Source of the DNA: Schizochytrium sp. TIO01
Taxonomy: Eukaryota > Protista > Bigyra: Labyrinthulomycetes
DNA length: 64,000 nt
Assembly (NCBI GenBank): GCA_004764695.1
Contig: SMSO01000025.1
Location: 5,000,862 to 5,064,861 of the forward strand
Reading direction: 5' to 3'
Position 1 is the first letter of the stretch, and every line of letters starts with the position of its first letter. Below, piece by piece: positions 37,210 to 49,200 of the stretch. The translations under genes were made by a program, and so were the position numbers. Below the pieces are notes generated by a model. It worked only from the letters and a program-made list of their open reading frames with translations. It was not told the DNA's origin and ran no database searches.

Positions 37210-40200
37210 TTACTGGCGACCAGAGGTCACCGGCGAACCTGCACGCAAATAGAATGACCATGCTGGAAGATCTGGCTGGGCGGCGCAGGTAGCAAGAAGC
37301 TTACCTGTCGCAGCAGCATTAGTCGACGTTGCCTTTACTGTCAAAGTTATGCTCTTGTGTGCATCGATCTTAATGAGCTGTGTACGAGCTCCGTTGACTG
37401 AAAAGGCTTCGGAATCAGTAATAAACTTGAACTCCATTGGAGTATCAAACACATTCTTAAATTCAATAGACGCAGCCTGTGAAGCATCATCTAAAACAAA
37501 AGGCCCGCGAGGGCGAGGAGGGTCGCAGGTACCGTACAATGCACATGTGTACTCTCCACCATCGGTAGATGTCACACGCAGAACATCACGAACGCTTCCT
37601 AAGCCTTGGGGTTCAAACTGAACCTTGACAGCAACCTCGCTACCGCGCCAGCTTGTTGCTGGTTGAACGCTGATTTTCGCATCGACTTGGAAAAACATAT
37701 GCTGTCCAACTTGACAACTGTATTCCGTGGGGGCCGAAGCGTAATTTGTAAAACGGAAAACCTGTTCATGCGTATTGCCAAGCGTAGTACGGAACTGTAA
37801 CGACCGTTCTGTCTGGGCTGGCGTAGCACGTAGACGTAACTTGTATGGATACTCGCCAAGTTCGTTTGACCGCAACACCAAATCGTGTTCTTGAAACTCG
37901 TCTTCCGCAACCCCCCCTGCTGATGAGGATGCGCCTAACGTGGTCGCCACGAGAGGACGATACTCGATTTCAAATACACCTTCAGAGCAATCAGCAAAGG
38001 TTTGTGAAGGCTTGACCCGAACTGCAGGGGACGTGCAAGACCACCATGTAGTAGTCGGCTTAGCTTGGTTGTAAAGCTCCTTTTCTGCGGCAGGCTCAAA
38101 ACTAGCTCGGATATCTGAACCGAAGAATGGATTTTCGATAGAGATTCGAGCCCAAGTTGTTTGACGAACGCCTGTTTCCATCGTGAGAGTAGACTGAATT
38201 TTAGGCGCGCCAACAGTCAGCGAGACAAGGTAGAATAAGAATTCCCCTGTTCGTTGGTTTGTAAAGGTGACCTTCGCCACGCTTTCGCCAACAGTATGAC
38301 CAAGAACCACAAGCTTGTAGTCACGATGAGCACCTCCAGGTACGTCAAGGCTTCCTGCTCCACGAAAGAAGTGGTTGGGAGGGCCAGAGACCTTCTCAAT
38401 ACCTACCGTCATACGTTGACCTGTACGACACCAATTATCTACCTTCAACGGAACAGAAACTGTTTGTTTTGCAGCTGTCTGCACCTTAACATTATCTTCA
38501 GCATCGGGAGCTGAGGCTGTACCGTGCATCTTGAAAAGAAGAGATTGGCCAGTCGGCAATGCAAAGAAGACTGAGCCCTCGTGAGGACCAGACTCGTCTG
38601 AAGTCATGCTCAGGGGTCGAAAGGTTAACTCATACGAACTTGACCCACCAGCAGGTACATCGACGTGCTCTGATCCAGACCAACTATTGTTATGAATTGT
38701 AGGTCGCAGAATCCATGAAGTTTTAGTTGGGTTCTTTAACACAATCGATTGTTTCTGAGGAACCCGAACCTTTGTTGAGAATTCAAGATTTGAAATACCA
38801 TCTTCAGGTTGCGCAATACAACTGCCCGACAGATTGAGAGGGAACATGCCTTGTTCATTCCCCTCAACAAAGAGTCGAGCGTCCCCACGAATCTCCTCAC
38901 CGACGTTGCCAGGGTGAAATGTTGCATCAACCATGAGTTGTGCGTGGGGTGGCAATACCCCCTCCATAGGAAAGATGGAAAAGTTATCTCGAGCAGTGGA
39001 AGTAAGCTCCCAACGAAAGCGCGCCCCTAGATCTCCAGCATTTTCAACCTGGATCTTACGTGTTAAGCGACAGGACTCGCAAACCGCACCGAAAGAAAGG
39101 TTGCTTAGTTCTAACTTCACATCAACCGCAAGGCAAGAACCTGTAATGGTCAGCAGCTTACGTTGCGAGCCATTAACATGTAGAAAAACTGGCACACTAA
39201 AAGCGCTTAAACGTTTCTCCGGCTCAAATGAGACCGTCACAGTACAGCTCTCACGAGGTCGAAGTGTGATTACTGAACCAGGAGCAGGGGATAGCAGCAA
39301 TGATGTTTGCTCTAAGCGATCGTCTGGGCTCTCCAGATTCATCTTAACAGCTCTCCGGGAGCGATTGACCAAAGTGAACGTTTTCGTTGCTGATTGGCCT
39401 TGGCGGAGGCCTCCAAAATGGAGAGTTTGATCGTCTGGGTTTTCTAACTCAACGCGAAGTGGCGTACCCTCTCCATTGAAGAGGACGTTGACTGTGTATA
39501 GACCATTGATCTCAAATGGAATGTTTGCCGGATATGATTTTAGTTGGTGTGGTGAGAAACGCACTATCGCTTCCATACGTTCCCCAGGCTGCAACACAGA
39601 TGGTTCACAGACCACGTCCAGGAAGTCAGTCTTTACCCAGGTACAATCCACCGCAATGGGGTTCTCCGTCTCGTTATTTGAAATCACCAAGATCTCTTCC
39701 TCGACCCGAGGAGAACGAGCACCTGGGTCTGCTACAAAGCATGGACCAAAGTTTAGCTTCATCGAGGAAAAGCTAATGAGAGGCTTTGATCCACGCCCAG
39801 AGACAACAACAAAATACTTTCGAGCTCCGGCAACTGTGCATTGGAATCGAAGATTATCAAAGGCAACTTCATGTGCTGGATGAAAGACAAAGGTGCACTT
39901 GATTGTTTCTCCTGCATTTACAGTGCCCTTGAGAGGGGAGAGGGTCAGTAGAGACTCATCCAGATCATTCAATTCTACTGGTGGGACCCAGAGAAAATCA
40001 AAATTGAATTTACCACGATTGTGGATGCTGACGGTTCGAGTAGCTCGGTCATTGACATGAATGAGACCAAAGTTAAGCTCGTTGGAATTTTTCTCACCAT
40101 GACAAAGCTCTACCTCCGTACTTTCAATTCCTGTTCCTACCGCGCTTTCAGCATGATGCGTCTCGCTGGAAGTATCAGAAAGGTCCATAATAAGACGATC

Positions 40201-43200
40201 ATGAATAGCACTACCTTCTCCTTTTACATTAAGGGAAAGTTTATCTGGCTTACGTTGCACGTTGCAAACTAGATTAAAGTTGTAACGTTTCTCATCACCA
40301 GGAGCGAAGCGAACTGTCAATGGTATAGTACTATTGGGCCCAACAGTGCCAGACATTGGTTCAATTCGTAGGTTACTACGTGCTCGACGGTTGCCAGGTG
40401 CTAAGTCCTCAGCTCCTCCAAGTTGCATGATGTCATTCTCCAGGTCTCGGAACGATGCCGAATCAAAAGAGAAGCTGAAGGGGATATCTTCATGATTGAT
40501 GATCATTACAGTTTCCTCAGAATATCCTCCCACTAAAATGCTATTAAAGTTCACATGCTTTCGATTGAGTTCAACACGAGGTTCAGACACAGTACCAACA
40601 AGGAGAAGCATTTGGGATACCTGCTGTTCTGGAATTCGAAATTCCCAAAGACTTTCTTGAAGGTCAACATTAGTCGGTGAGAATGAGAAAGAGAGCTCGC
40701 ATCTCTTACCAGGCAAGATCATACCCTTTGATGTTGCACACTTAAAGACAGGATTAGATTCCCCGAGGGCAATTAGCTCGAATTCGTATGCCATGCTCGT
40801 GGGGTTGACAACATGAAAACGCTTTGTATTTTTAATACGCGTGCCAAGAGACTGGAGTTCGATCACCTTCACAGTTGCGTCTGCCTTCAGACCAGGTAAA
40901 GGAGATTTCCGTCGCTCCAAATAAGTCGAGGATTCGAGTTCGAAGTGACATACTGGACGCGATGCAATTCCTGTCAAACGCAAATGGAGGGGTTGCTGCT
41001 CATGATTCAGGAACGGAATGTTTGCCTCAGCAACGAAATCAAAGTCCTCCACTTCAAGAGGGGCATACCTCACAACAAAGATTTGTTCACTGCCAGCAGG
41101 GACATGAGCCTGTGCAGGTACGATAGAGAATGGGCAGAGTGTGGCTTTGATTGAATTATTCGAAGAACGCATAGACCAGTTGACATCCATTGCCATGCGA
41201 CCATCATTTCTCACTGGTAACTTAAAGACTCGGCTTTGGAACATCATGGTAGGGCGAAAATGAATATTGTGTTCTTGCCCCTCAGCCAGTTTATAGCGAA
41301 CAGTATCCACTTCTGCGTTACATTTCAAAGAGACATCTTTGTTTTCTTTTTCTGCAACGGGCTCATGAGCAGGTTCAGGAACAGTATCAGAACGTTCACC
41401 TTCCGCATCTTCAATGCTGGTATGGGAAACCTTCATCGTGTTATTCCATCGAATAGTTTTTCCTTTCGCCTGAGCAAAGGCCTCTTCCTGATATTGAATG
41501 TGTTCAATATGGAGTTTTGCTGCAACATCATTCAAGCTAATAGGTTCACAGGCACTCAAGCTTGCTTCGATATGCGTAGACCCAAAGGGAGGGATATGAC
41601 CGATGCTTGGGGAAAAGCTGATCAAAGAAACCTCTTGGTTATTCCAAGAGTATCGTAACACAGAGTCTACATTATTCTTCAAGGCAAAACGAATAGTCTT
41701 GTTTGCTGTCATTAGTACTCCAGAATTGGAAGCATCTCCTACTTGTTCCTCCTCACCGTCATCAGGTAATTTGGAAGAAGCCTCCTGCACCTGAAGTGCA
41801 ATATCTCCGAATGTAAGTACATCATCAGCTTGTCCAGGCAAATCTTCGAAGGTGATAGCTTCTTGGTACCCTTCTCCAGAAATTACAAATCGAGAGAGTT
41901 CAAACTCATTGTGCAAAACACGCACAAGTAGCTCTGCCTTCACTTCACCTTCCTCAAGAGGCTCAAAGGTAATTGATGTTGACCGTGATTCTTGGGGCTG
42001 TAAAACCAGAGAACTGTTTCTCATTGGGCAAGAAATGGATTTGTGGACATCCATGTCAAAGCGTACAGTTGCAGGGACAATGCCATCGTTTCGAACTGTG
42101 ATTTCCTGAGTCTTGGGCTTCCGTAAACGTGTCCGACCGAGGTCAATGATGTATTTTGCATCATTAGACAAATGCGAAGGTTCCACCACTGTAAGACAGG
42201 GAAGGGTGCCTTCTCCTTGAAGATCAAATTCAAGTACATGAGTTTCTGCCTTGCGCTCGCCATCAACCACGGTCGCGCGAAATTTTGCAGCATATTTATT
42301 GATTGCCGTGGGCTTGAAGTAAACACTAACGAACTCGTGCTCGTGCGATGGGAGCTCAATGTTGCTTGGGTGGACAGAAAAGATGTTTTCACTAGCTGAA
42401 TTGCGTGGGATGATCTCAAAGTTCACCTGGGCCTTGATTTTGTTCGGATTTGAAATTTTAAATCTTTCGCAAATGCCCTGAGCTGTCACTGACGTGTGAA
42501 TAACAGCCCCAAACGTGAATATTTTTTCTTCAGTTGAGAACACACCTCGCTCCTGCATTTTGGGGTCCAGTGAGCGCACTACTCCCTGTTCTTCAAAAAT
42601 GGAGTCATAATTGCTTGTATTGATTCCAGGGACATGAGACTCGCCGGCAATCTCAAAAATCTCCGGCGGTAAGAGTGAGCCATCGCTAGGACTTCTTCCA
42701 CTAATCAAGATTCGAAGAGCTTCGTGCGCAAGAGTGTCACCCTCGGCGTTGAAACGAACTTGGATTTCTACCACAGAACCTGGCTCGATAATACCAGCAG
42801 AAGGCGTGATTTCAAATAAACCCTCTTTCAAGGTTTGATCTCCTGTAATCTCCCTAGGAGCCGCAAGTACCTGTAACTCTGCAAGCTCGACTTTAGCTCG
42901 AGCTGCAGCAAGTTGGTGTGCAGTTGGTAAACTAGCGGAGCTCTGAGTATGGCCAGGCACATCGTTCTCTTGTTCTGTGGAAGACTCGTCTGAAGTCGCC
43001 TTACTTTCCAATTCTTTGAGAGCCGCCTCCATCCGAGCCTCTCGCTCTTCGACTCTCTCGCTCAGAGCACTCTGCGTGAGAACCTCATAGCTGAAAGGGA
43101 ACAAACCATCGTTTCTGATTTCGAATGTTTTCTCTGGTTTCCCTTCGAATTTGACCGCACCGAAGTGAATTCCCTTGGACGGTTGGACTCGAAACTTTGA

Positions 43201-46200
43201 AAAGACGCTACATGCATCAACAGGTACGTCAAAAGACTCTACAGTTTCCCCAGTCGCTGGCTCCCTTATGAGGCATTGGATGTCTTTATTGTTTCTTAAT
43301 TGGACTTCATTCTTGGAGCAGAATTCGAGGCTAATTTGAGCTTCTTCATCTGCTTCCAGAGCACCATGACTGGGCTGAATTTTTACTAAACCAGTAACGA
43401 GCTTCTTACGAATCCGAAAATCAAACTCAACAGGGTACTTTCCAGTATTCTTGATAGTAAGCTGGCGCTGCACTGTCTCAAACACTCGGCGCATACCAAA
43501 ATCGATTCCAGCAGACTCTGATTGATCACGATCGTCGCCTTCCTGGCGAAAATCAGGCTGAACTTGAATGGTGTAAGCCTCGGCTTGAACATTAATCTTC
43601 TCAGCGTGCTTGAATTCTCCAGCTTCAGTATCTGTGTAAATCACCTGCAGGGATAGCTCGTGTACAGATGGCTCCTCTGCAAGAAATTGAACAATGACGG
43701 AACGAGTTTCTCCGGGCGCCAGTTTGCCTTCACTGGGGAAAACTGTGAAGGAAGGAATGTCTGCAAATGCTTCCAAGTCCAGCTTCCAGGCAACAGGAAT
43801 AGTTGATGTATTCGAAACAGAGAAAGTACGCTCCTCTTGACGCTTCAAAAGCAGGCGACCGAAATCGAGCACTTTCTCAGGCACTTCAGTCTTCTTTTCG
43901 CTAGAATCATCTACAGTATCTTCTTGATCCCATGGTCCATTGATTTCGAGGTGGGGGCGAGCTCCAAGACAAGACAAAGCGAATTCACAGACTTCAGGAT
44001 TGTCTTGCACACAACATACCAACTTGGCATGATATAAAATCTCCTCTGTTGGGAAGGCCCAGACGCGGACATCCTTAGTTTCCCCTGCCTCTAGAGACAT
44101 TTCAGAGGGTTCAACTCGAAACACTTTCTGGTCCAGTGAGTCAGGCCCAAAGTTATATCCACTAATCAGCATGAGTCGAAGGTTGTTCACCGGCAAAATG
44201 CTTGAATTAGAAATTCGAAAGGTTTCGTAATTTCTGATTTGCGAAACAATATTTTCATCCCCCATGCAAGCTTCGCTGTCTTTCCCAACAAGGAGTGGGC
44301 CAAATTCATAAAGAGACTTCGCCATCACATACTTCTTGGAAACTAGACGATGCTCGGGTCTTGCTTTAATACGGTTCATGAAGACATTTCGCGGGTCGGA
44401 GCTAATAGATGGAACAGTGCAAACGCCCTGAGTTAAAACCCAATATTGCTGGTGGCTTCCCACGGCCTGGAATGAGAGTTGTTGCTCAAATGAGCCTTGT
44501 GACCTCGAGTTGAAAATGACTTGTAGAGTGAGCGTACTGGAGGGAGGAATAACCCAGCGAAATGGAGCCCCTTCCACAGGCTGCACAGGCTTGCCAACCG
44601 GAAACTTTCCAGATGCCACCTCTAGCACCTCGTGTCCATCCGATGGCTCTGCTTCTTCGCTATCACCTCCCGGGTTCATGTTGTCCTCCGATTTTTCATT
44701 TTCATCTAAGGACGGATTCGAGAGAATTGCTTCAATACGGAACGGGCTAGACAGAGCTGACGATGCAGTTCTTTTGGTAGGGCGATCAAGAATCTCAAGA
44801 ATACGCTCCTTTGGAATTGGAATCCATTGTTCATCCCAATCAGCCGGTCTTGGGGTACCAGGATGCGGGAGCCATGTTTGGATTTTGTAGGAGCTTTGCT
44901 CAAAGGAAGTGAAATCTTCCCCAAGGGTTAGAGAGCTGAGCCATCCAGGAACCTTCTCCTCGTCGCCAGTATTTTCCTCTCTCGATGACTGTGCAGGGTC
45001 GTCGGCGTCATTTTCTTCGTCCCCGATCTTACCATCTTGAAGAACATCAAGATCATGAATCAGTTGATTTTCTTTCTTAATGAGCATGGTCTTGAATTCT
45101 TCCTTAGCAGCAAAATAGTCTTCATCAACCTCATGTGTATCCTCACTTTGTGAAGCTAGTGAGGAAATGTACAATTGATAAGCTTCCTGTGTCCAGTCAA
45201 AGAGAAGAACATGTAAGGGGTTTTGAGGTGTGTATAAGTGGTCTCCATTTGCTTCACCAGTAGAGGGTGGCTCCTCTTCCCCGGCACCTGTTAGTTCCTT
45301 CTCAACCTCAGATTGGGATGGAGAAACGTTAGTAAATGCGGTACGAACAGCACGTACATGAAGTAATGTTTGGTCTTCTGGAGAGCCTTCAAGAGAATAT
45401 TTGCTGAGAATTTGCGTCAGTAAAATTCCTTGACTATACTGTGAGTCCTGGATGGACTTTCTCAAAAGGGCAACAAGCTCGTCTTCTTTCATTGGTCGGG
45501 TTTTCTTCGGTGGCTTAGCTCCACCTACAATATCTGGATGGCTAAGTCCATAATGTACGCAAACTTCAACTGGGAGGTCTCCTGCCTCGCATGCTCGTTC
45601 AATTAGAGTGTCTAGCTCGACAGACGGGACTTGGCCGCCGGCCTTTTCGCACAGAAAGTCTGTCAGCTCTGCACGCCACGGAAGATCCTTTGGAGCCAGA
45701 AGGAGCATATCCATGGCAAGGCCTCGTTCACGATACGAAGGCCCACTTGGGTGCGATTTCAACCCCTGCGCTGCATTGAGAGTCTCTGCCACATCTTCAA
45801 GTTCACCTACACCATCTTCTTTCGCAATTTCTGAGTTTTTGTGTTCTCCATCCTCAGTCTTCGCCTCAACATCGTCATCAAGTTCCTGAGCAGTTGCAGC
45901 AGCTGCTTCATTGTCCTGTTGTAATTCTGCATATTGCTCAACGACACTCTGTTGAAGAGGCTCGCCGGCCTTACGAGGCTGTGCCTTCATATTCATTGCA
46001 TAGCCCATAGAATCAAGCACTGCGGTCAAGATAGATTCTTCCTTGAGATATTGTTCGTCAAAGTCGATTGAGTAGACTTCTACAGGGCACTCTGATCTAT
46101 TGCAAATCTGGAATTGTCGAATAGCAGAGTCACCTTGCGAGGGCAGCGTAGGTCTCATCTGGAGAACATCTGAAGTAACCTCAAGTTCGATTGATTTGGC

Positions 46201-49200
46201 AGATCCTTTGCATGTAATAGCTCGGGTCCGCGGATTACTGACGATCTTTAGCGGTAGCTTGGAAGTGTACGCACGTGCCTCACGTGGCGTAAATGTTACT
46301 TCTATATTACAGCGATGGTTTGGTTGCAATGTGCCAGAAGTAGGTGTACAAGTGATTGCGCGGCTGTCTGCACTTCTATTTGTGGTTTTTTCTGGCTGAA
46401 TAGACCACTCTGCTGCAACTGGTGAGATATTCTTCAATTGGAAGGAAACCACTTTACACTGGCCTACCATGAGGTCACCAAAATCAAGAACCTCGCTTGG
46501 CGAGATACTGACCTCGGGCATGGTAACATTTGCTCGCACCTTAATCTGAACGGGGGGACCATTAACGATGTCTAGAGGGATGGCCCATTCTAAAGGCCCT
46601 AGAGCAGCATCCTTCTTCGCAGCGAATTGGATTTGAAGCTCTACAGATTCATTCTCTGCAAGTTTATTTACCTGAGCAGGCTCGATACTAAAGGATGATC
46701 CGGCAAGAGCTGTGGATGGCACTGCAAAGCTCAAAGGCATCATAGAAGTGTTGAGTACACGAAATACCTTCTTTTTGGACTTCCCTACGACTACGTTGCC
46801 AAAATCTACGATATATGTTGCCAGAGTGAATACATTATCGCCATCAAACTGAGGCAGAGCTACGTTGTCAAGACCTTGACGATCATAAATGTTGTGCAAG
46901 AAGCGTGCGAACTTCAGCCGACTAGCCTCTGTTTCTACCCGAACTTTGGTCATATCAAAGCGCACACTTCGTTTGGAACTGCGGCTACTTTTCGTACTCT
47001 TTGTCCTCTTCGTACCCTTTGATGCACCCGTAGACTGGGAGCCACTCTGATGATCAGACGAAGCTGTTGTTGAGGGGGTCAGTGGTTGGTTAGAAGAGCG
47101 TGCAGGCGCAGTAGCTGGGGGGCGTTCTGTACCACCAAGAGATACTGAACGAGCTGGACTCGGAGCTGATGGAGAAACTGAAACTGGTCTCATTTTCGTC
47201 CCTGACGTGTCAGCCATAGGTGCATCATTTTCACCAGATGCACCAACATTAGATTGCGAGAGGTTTCCAGACCCTGCAGTATTTACGCGAAGCGCTTCTT
47301 CTGCTTCAGCAAGTAATCCTAACCATTCCTGAACCTCAGGAGGTAATGTTTCTTCTCCTTCGGTGAGCTGACTTCCAAATGCAAAAGATTTGGGTTGGAC
47401 CGTAGTAGACACAGTATCGTCATCGATTTCTTGGCCTGTTCTTAAAGAAATATCCTCAAGACGAGGCAAGGAAAGAATTGCTGATGCAAATATGCCTCTT
47501 CCCCTCACTGGGAATGCTAAAGGCTCCAAATGGGCAATCTCAATCATCAGGTTTTGAACGACGATCTCTGGAATTTTTGGAGAAAATTTCACGGCTACCT
47601 TTTGCGTGTCCTTGGCAAAAATTCGCCCCTCTGTGGGAGAGCAGTTCACAATATCAGGGTAGGGAGATACGATGCGAAAGTCAAAGGCAACTTTGCTTGT
47701 ATTTGTAATTGTAAATGCTTGTTCTTCTGTGGTATCATGGATTAAATCTCCAAAATCGAGCCCATCTTGGTCTAGCTTGAAGTGAATGTGTGATGCCTCG
47801 CCTTTTAGAAGTAACTCATATTCTGGTCCACCCTCCACCTCGCAAATTGCTGTTACGTTGAATTTCTGGTTTGCATGTGCATAATAAGAAACTTCAACTT
47901 CTTGGGACTCTCCGGGCCGAAGAAGCCCCCGAATCGGACGGATATCAAATACATCGTTAGGTTCAGGACGTACAACTCCATTCTGAAATCCTAATTTCCG
48001 AGAGGACTTGTTCCAATCTTCCTCAAGAAACGCCCACGAATACATGGTGTCAATCACTGAGCAATTGGTAATTCGGAATTTCTGGGTGGTTGAGGTGTCA
48101 TTAAGTAGACATCCAAAATTGAGTTCGTTGTACTCAAAATCAAGATTAGGGAAGTTAATTTGCGCCCGTATATCCCAAGAGTCCTTCTGAGGGTGGTTCT
48201 GGTGCGTTGCAATGAGCTTGCCATGTAATGTTTGTGTTTTGAGATCATCACTTTTCAAAAGAGGATTGAACAGAACATTGACTGAAGTCTCCTCATCAGG
48301 TTCAAGGTTGATTTCCCATGTATCTACAGAGAAAGGTTCCTGGGTTCTCAAGATAAAATTGAGAGGTAGTTGGGATACATTTCTGAGTTTTAGAGGACGT
48401 CGCTGAGTCAAATCACTCATTCTGGTAGACTTCTCATCAGGGTCAAATGTGAAACAAAATTCAATGACATCAAGAGACGCATGCAGAAGGGGATTGACGA
48501 AGTTTGCACCAATACTTGCGTCAATGATTTTGGATGCCTTTTTATCTTTTCCAACCTTACTTTCGAGTACAAGCTTTTCAATGAGCTCTCCACCAATGTT
48601 CGACTCTCCTCGGATTGTGAACATGCAGCCCATGCGGGGTTTCAGCATAACTGTGTCCGGATACACTGTGAAAGTAGGCTGGGGTTCACCAGGAACTCTA
48701 ATTTTAGCGGCTTTCTTTTGTACTTCCGGATCTTTGTCTCGTAAGAGTCTATCCTGCTCCATTATTTTTTTCTTTCGTTCATTTTGACTCTGTTCGAGAG
48801 TGAGGTTTGTCCATGTCAGTAGTTGCTCTCGACGACCTCTATTTTCCAGCAAAAATTTCCTTTCATGAACGCGGCTTGTGAACACATTTCCAAATGTACA
48901 TTTCTGGAGTTCTGTAAGCTCTTGACAGTGGATAGTGGTTCCACTGCCCTTCGCTTTCAGGTTGACTATAATACTTTCTCCCTCGGTGACAACAAGATGA
49001 AGCTCATCCCGATGTGTTGTGGTATCATCAGGACACACGGTGACTGTGCACTCTAAATCTTCACCAGGACCGAGACAGCCTTCTGTGCAGTCCACTGTAA
49101 ATTTCGAGCGTGTATCTTTCAGAAAACTTGCATATGGTGCCGGGATCAATGAGCGGTTATGCATTGTAAACTTTAGTTTAGCAGTGGAAAGGCATGCAAC

